Shown here: positions 57,460 through 61,667 of the stretch, piece by piece | How the letters are laid out: every line of letters begins with the position of its first letter | Numbering within the stretch: position 1 is the stretch's first letter | Virus record (IMG/VR): IMGVR_UViG_3300005253_000118 | Coordinates: 1-61,667 of that record | Strand: one strand, 5' to 3' | Source: a virus | Taxonomy: Duplodnaviria > Caudoviricetes | Length of the DNA: 61,667 nucleotides | The notes under the pieces: generated by a model | Told to the model about the DNA's origin: nothing | The model's input: only the letters and a program-made list of their open reading frames with translations | Database searches by the model: none | Translations under genes and position numbers: made by a program

Positions 57460-58089
57460 ATGGTTTATAGAATACGAACAAAATATTGTAAGCAATGTGG
57501 TATTGAGTTTTCAGAAAGAATGCCCGAATCAAGGGTATTTTGTTCTGTCTCTTGTCGCCAAACATTCCGAAACGATCCTGTTCGCAACCCTTCCAAATCA
57601 CCCGAAGCCCGTAGAAAGATTTCTGAATCGCGGAAAGGGAAGCCGACAACCCTCGGCAGGCCGTGTTCAGAAAAAACAAAGAAAAAGATTTCAAAATCAT
57701 TAATAGGGACTTCGACTGGGAGGAGGCCAACACAAAAAGCGATTGATGCTTTTGTAAAAGGTGGTGAAAAAAACTTACTTCGTGCGTCTGGTTCTGAGCA
57801 TCATATGTGGAAGGGTGGTCATTCAAAAGAAAGACAGGCTCGTTATAAAGATCCTGAATATATTGAATGGCGCACAAAATGTCTCGAAAGGGATAGTTAT
57901 ACTTGTCAAAAATGCGGTGTAAGGAATGGCATGGGCGAGACAATAATCTTGCAAGTCCACCATAAAATTCATTACTGGGAACGCCCTGCCCTTCGATATG
58001 ATCTTGACAATGGGACATCTCTTTGTATTGGTTGCCATCGAAAAGCTCACAAGGGTATGAAAAAACCAAAAAATCCACGATCAGATTAA
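57460..58089 (+). mobile_element. NUMOD3-HNH homing endonuclease inserted antisense within the methyltransferase gene
   Basis: SPEARRKISES and SEKTKKKIS NUMOD3 motifs; WKGG; RD.YTCQ.CG..VHH....NG.SLC..CH. Confidence 0.85.
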
Positions 58090-58539
58090 CCCCTCTTTTT
58101 TCAATTCATCCATCACATACTCTCGTTCTTTTTTTGTAAGGTCATCTCGAAGTTCCATAAACGGCCTTCCGCAGTCCGGTGTCGGTTCAAGGCCGAATGA
58201 GCCCCGCCAAGCGTTGCAGCGTTGGCAGAATTGGCCTTGTTTCAATTCTGTCTTGAAGCCAGCCCTTGCCGGTTCGGTTCCACGAGTCTCACTGAAACCA
58301 TTTGCGCCATCATGGTCTCTTTTGGGTACATATTTTTTTATGCTTTCATCTCCCCACTCATGCTTACACGCCCCATCCCCACCCCAAATCATCGGTGGAA
58401 GTCCGTAATCCCTCAACCCCCAATAAGGAGGCGAAGTCACGACACAGTGAACGCTTTCGGCCTCCATACCGCTTAATACCTCCAAGACATGGCCTTGATA
58501 GATTATACCGGCATCGGTCTCAAAATATGGCTTAATCAA
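58081..58539 (-). CDS. DNA methyltransferase, N-terminal part (catalytic SPPY motif)
   Basis: Likely TTG start coupled to ParB; IYQG..L..L, VVTSPPYWGLRDY, GLEPTP. Confidence 0.85.
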   Translation of the reverse strand: MIKPYFETDAGIIYQGHVLEVLSGMEAESVHCVVTSPPYWGLRDYGLPPMIWGGDGACKHEWGDESIKKYVPKRDHDGANGFSETRGTEPARAGFKTELKQGQFCQRCNAWRGSFGLEPTPDCGRPFMELRDDLTKKEREYVMDELKKEGLI

Positions 58540-59099
58540 ATAGCAGCTCCTTTCGATGGAATAAAAATCTCCCCACATTGCGGACATTCGACCTCTTTGG
58601 GTCCGTCGTTTCTAGACCCCGGAGGATCAACCATATTCGGATTTGTTATTTCGTCTATTTCGTTTAGGTCGTATGCCGTCAACTCCATATCAATATCAAG
58701 TACTTTCAATTCGCTTAATAATTCGGACAGCTTATCATTATCACGCACGGCCAATTCCGCAATATAATTATCGGCCACTAAGTCAGCATGTTCCAACGCC
58801 TCGCTCTCATAGTCCTGATAATCCACCGGAGCTTTATTGATGCCCGCCTTGAAAGCTGCTTCTAATCTGCCATGACCCCTTACGATAAGACCCGACCGGT
58901 TTGATACTGTTATGGGTAACCGCCACCCCTGCTTTGATATAATATGGCTTAATTTTTCGATCTGTTTTACCGGGTGCGTATTCGGGTTTTTCGGATTCAT
59001 TATTAATTCTACGCACGGGACTATCTTGTCATGGGCGCACCATACTGGGACCTTGCCGATGGTTGCGCGTGGTTTGATTTTGGTTTTTGGTTTTTTCAT
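58536..59099 (-). CDS. ParB N-terminal domain protein
   Basis: Start MKKPK; NPKNPNTHP..QI, GW..PI.V, GHGRLEAA, ADN motifs; C-terminal CPQCG. Confidence 0.85.
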   Translation of the reverse strand: MKKPKTKIKPRATIGKVPVWCAHDKIVPCVELIMNPKNPNTHPVKQIEKLSHIISKQGWRLPITVSNRSGLIVRGHGRLEAAFKAGINKAPVDYQDYESEALEHADLVADNYIAELAVRDNDKLSELLSELKVLDIDMELTAYDLNEIDEITNPNMVDPPGSRNDGPKEVECPQCGEIFIPSKGAAI

Positions 59100-59341
59100 T
59101 TGGTTATAAACTCCTTTATTCCTTTTGATTCCATTTTCCATGAACCGGTGCCTATAATCTCTTGCCAACCACCATCGATCCGAATAGATACGATGGCGTG
59201 TTTCCCATGAATGGTCTCTGTGCTGGGTGTTACAATCGGCCTCGGTATCGAATAAAAGACCTTCGGGACACACGGCACTATCAATCCACCGGCCATCATG
59301 TAGCCTAGTCTTTGAAGGAATTTTCGGCGGGTTAGGATCAT
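59096..59341 (-). CDS. Twin-arginine-signal mini-protein
   Basis: MILTRRKFL. Confidence 0.5.
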   Translation of the reverse strand: MILTRRKFLQRLGYMMAGGLIVPCVPKVFYSIPRPIVTPSTETIHGKHAIVSIRIDGGWQEIIGTGSWKMESKGIKEFITK

Positions 59342-60607
59342 TTGGGTGTCTCCAAATAGGCCCAAAGAGAAACATCAGAACATATTCTTATGAACTGACT
59401 ATCTAAAATACGGAAAACCATTGTCGCATCTCTATTTTTATATTGCTGCGAATAAACAAGACACCGTTTATTTTTATCGGGCTTCTCGGTTTTTTCGTGC
59501 CATATAAGTTCGGTTTTTATGACTCCGTGACATTTCATTTAAACAACCTCCTTTTTGTAATCGTATGGGTAGGTCTGATCCTCGTAACCACATCGGGAAC
59601 ACGTCCACAAGACACTTTCTGAGAAAGCTTTCGTCTCAACCCCTAAAAATAATTGGGCAGGACTACTTTCTATGTATTTCACGCGCCATGTACGATAATT
59701 CGGATTACACTTTGGACAATGGGCCTCGATTTCATTAAATAATTTCATTTAAACAACCTCCCCAACCCCCGGCCCGTTATCTTGCCTGCTGCCCGGCGTG
59801 CTATTCTTTTGCCGACCCTGCCCTTTTGGACGGAATTGAAATCGCCTAAAAGTCGCGCTATGAAATATAGGATTTGTCGCATTTTGATACCTCCTCTTTC
59901 CTTGCCGTCTTTGTCCCCTGGGTGTCTTTAAATTGAGCCCGAAATAATTCTGATGCAACCGCATCTTTGCAAAATTCTGCAAATGCTTCGCTTGATATAT
60001 TCCCTATGCATTTCTTAACCCAATCATCGCTCAAAGATATTTTGCATTCCATCTCTACCCCCTTCATCCATGATGCTTGCCACAAATAGGGTCTTGTAAA
60101 AGCATAAGCTCTTTTATTTCCCTATCCCGGTCTTCCTGTGATTCCATTGAAAAATGCTTTGTTACGGGTTTTTGTTCTGGTTTTTTAAATAGCTTTTTAA
60201 TCCATAGTTTTATTTTCATCTCTACCTCCTCACTTCATTCCCCATATTTTATTGTTTCTGTTGCCTCATCATAATGTTCACCTTCATCTATGATAAGCGC
60301 CTCTCTACATTCGTCACAAAGATATCCACCGCCGGGCATTTTATATATGATCCCCCTGACAACATTCGTGTAACATCCTTCACATGGAACAGACATATTC
60401 ACCTCCTGCATGTTTTTGCAATCCCTCTTGAATCTGTTCATCTTCCATATAATACAAATCGGATCCGCGACACTCTGGACATCTCGGTTGCGGATGGCAC
60501 ATATCGGCAGCGTTTGATATCATTTGGCACAAACGCAAGTCCGGGTGCCTGTGCCATATATCCCCCAGTAGTTTTAATATCGGGTCGATTCTGTCTGGGT
60601 CTCTCAT
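59338..60607 (-). other. Cluster of small hypothetical ORFs (59338, 59539, 59858, 60235, 60380)
   Basis: Tightly packed short ORFs with RBS; 60380 has the conserved MRDP.RI..IL..L...W...PDLRL.Q motif. Confidence 0.55.
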
Positions 60608-60608
60608 A

Positions 60609-61622
60609 TTAACCCGCCTCCTTTATTTCTAATTGCAGCTTGGGTTGGAAGTGCTTTTCGATTCGTGCACCCTTTGATTGATTCTCCGGCCCCCACATAG
60701 GCTGAAGGTTTGATAGCGCCCAACATCGTTTGAAGTCGGGGTGTTCTGGCTTCGAGAAGTTATGGACCGATATTGGTACAATATGATCGACGTGCCATTT
60801 GCCGTAATTGTCCCAGGTCATGCCGGATTGAAATAGTTTTTGAAGATGGGTTTTGAGTTGCTTTAATGTCCAGCCGACAAGATGCTCCCAGTGCCGCCCG
60901 TTTTTTCTACCCAATATTGAAAAGTATATTGCCTTCCGCATTCTCTCGTTTAGCCTAAATCCCGGATCGGTTTTTGCCCTTTCGTTGCGCTTTTTGTTTT
61001 GTATAAAGTTCCTTCTTTCTCTTTTTGTCAATCCGTCTGGAATATTGTATTCGTGTTTCATGTGCGATATTCCAGATTTTTTTGAGGCGCATTCGGGGCC
61101 GCAGCATTGTTGTTTGCTTTGGGTTGGTTCGAATTGCTTGCGACAGTTAGAGTTAGCGCACTCTCGTTGGGTTCCCTTCAATGTTCGTGTGCTTGCGTTA
61201 TAGCAACGGTGTGAACAAAACTGCTGTTTTTCGCGAAGCGTGGTAAAGGGTGGGTTCGGACAGTTGTGGTATTGACATTGTTTTTTATATATTTGGCGTT
61301 TACCAGGTCGCCCCCCAATTGATATTCGTGCCGGTATACTATACATAGCCAGTCGTGAGCTAATTACGGATTGAGAATATCCAAATCTTTTCGCGATTTC
61401 ATCCGTAGACATCATTTTTTTTAAATATAGTTCCCTCAATTCGCTTTCTGGTATTTCTATTTTTACATTTTTTCTTATTGATATATCATACTCAATTAAC
61501 CTATCACGAACCTGTGTCCCAGAGCATCTAAGCATACTCCCAATTGATTTACAGGACATTTTCTTTTCAATATACAGTTTTTCTAATTCGTTCTTTGATG
61601 TTTTTACTCGTATACCATCCAT
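60609..61622 (-). CDS. HNH endonuclease with HTH and Zn-finger repeats
   Basis: MTWDNYG.WHVDHI.P ... NLQP.W..EN..KG; two N-terminal HTH repeats. Confidence 0.8.
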   Translation of the reverse strand: MDGIRVKTSKNELEKLYIEKKMSCKSIGSMLRCSGTQVRDRLIEYDISIRKNVKIEIPESELRELYLKKMMSTDEIAKRFGYSQSVISSRLAMYSIPARISIGGRPGKRQIYKKQCQYHNCPNPPFTTLREKQQFCSHRCYNASTRTLKGTQRECANSNCRKQFEPTQSKQQCCGPECASKKSGISHMKHEYNIPDGLTKRERRNFIQNKKRNERAKTDPGFRLNERMRKAIYFSILGRKNGRHWEHLVGWTLKQLKTHLQKLFQSGMTWDNYGKWHVDHIVPISVHNFSKPEHPDFKRCWALSNLQPMWGPENQSKGARIEKHFQPKLQLEIKEAG

Positions 61623-61667
61623 ATTTCCATACCCCCCCCCTATTGTAATTTGCGCGTGGTCGAGCTT

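Noticed and set aside
57434-58078. 214-aa minus-strand ORF as an intein or read-through linking the MTase halves
   Set aside because: Antisense of the HNH gene, bounded by stops, with no intein Cys/His-Asn motifs
1-61667. Integrase, CRISPR array, reverse transcriptase/DGR, Ro60 gene or alternative genetic code
   Set aside because: No such motifs seen; core genes are full length in the standard code

Overview
A 61.7-kb fragment of a tailed dsDNA bacteriophage, almost entirely minus-strand encoded. It looks podovirus-like: N4-gp56-type major capsid, P22-like portal, gpA-type large terminase, large ejection proteins and no tape measure. Read right to left in the direction of transcription: HNH, ParB and a split DNA methyltransferase, recombination (exonuclease, RecT/Bet) and replication genes; a short plus-strand early island; a terS candidate with phased repeats; about 6 kb of mini-ORFs; terL, portal, scaffold, capsid, head-tail, ejection and fibre genes; and a lysis cassette (spanin pair, holin candidate, partial endolysin). 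No integrase or CRISPR array is seen. Most notable: (1) a set of non-canonical tRNA-derived RNAs, including a ~770-nt structured cluster behind an uncharacterised conserved gene (53096-53839). It contains a circularly permuted tRNA-like domain with a G3.U70 pair and CCA, preceded by a tmRNA-tag-like frame, and one of two homologous Leu-like RNAs with a hairpin inserted in the D-loop. (2) Mini-proteins, two with twin-arginine signals, built from rearranged fragments of the major capsid protein. (3) Three paralogues of a Cys-rich domain, a GG-terminated ubiquitin-like pair, a signal-peptide/CxxCH ClpP-like protease, and a methyltransferase split by an antisense HNH gene. All assignments come from manual motif and base-pair reading; no searches were run.
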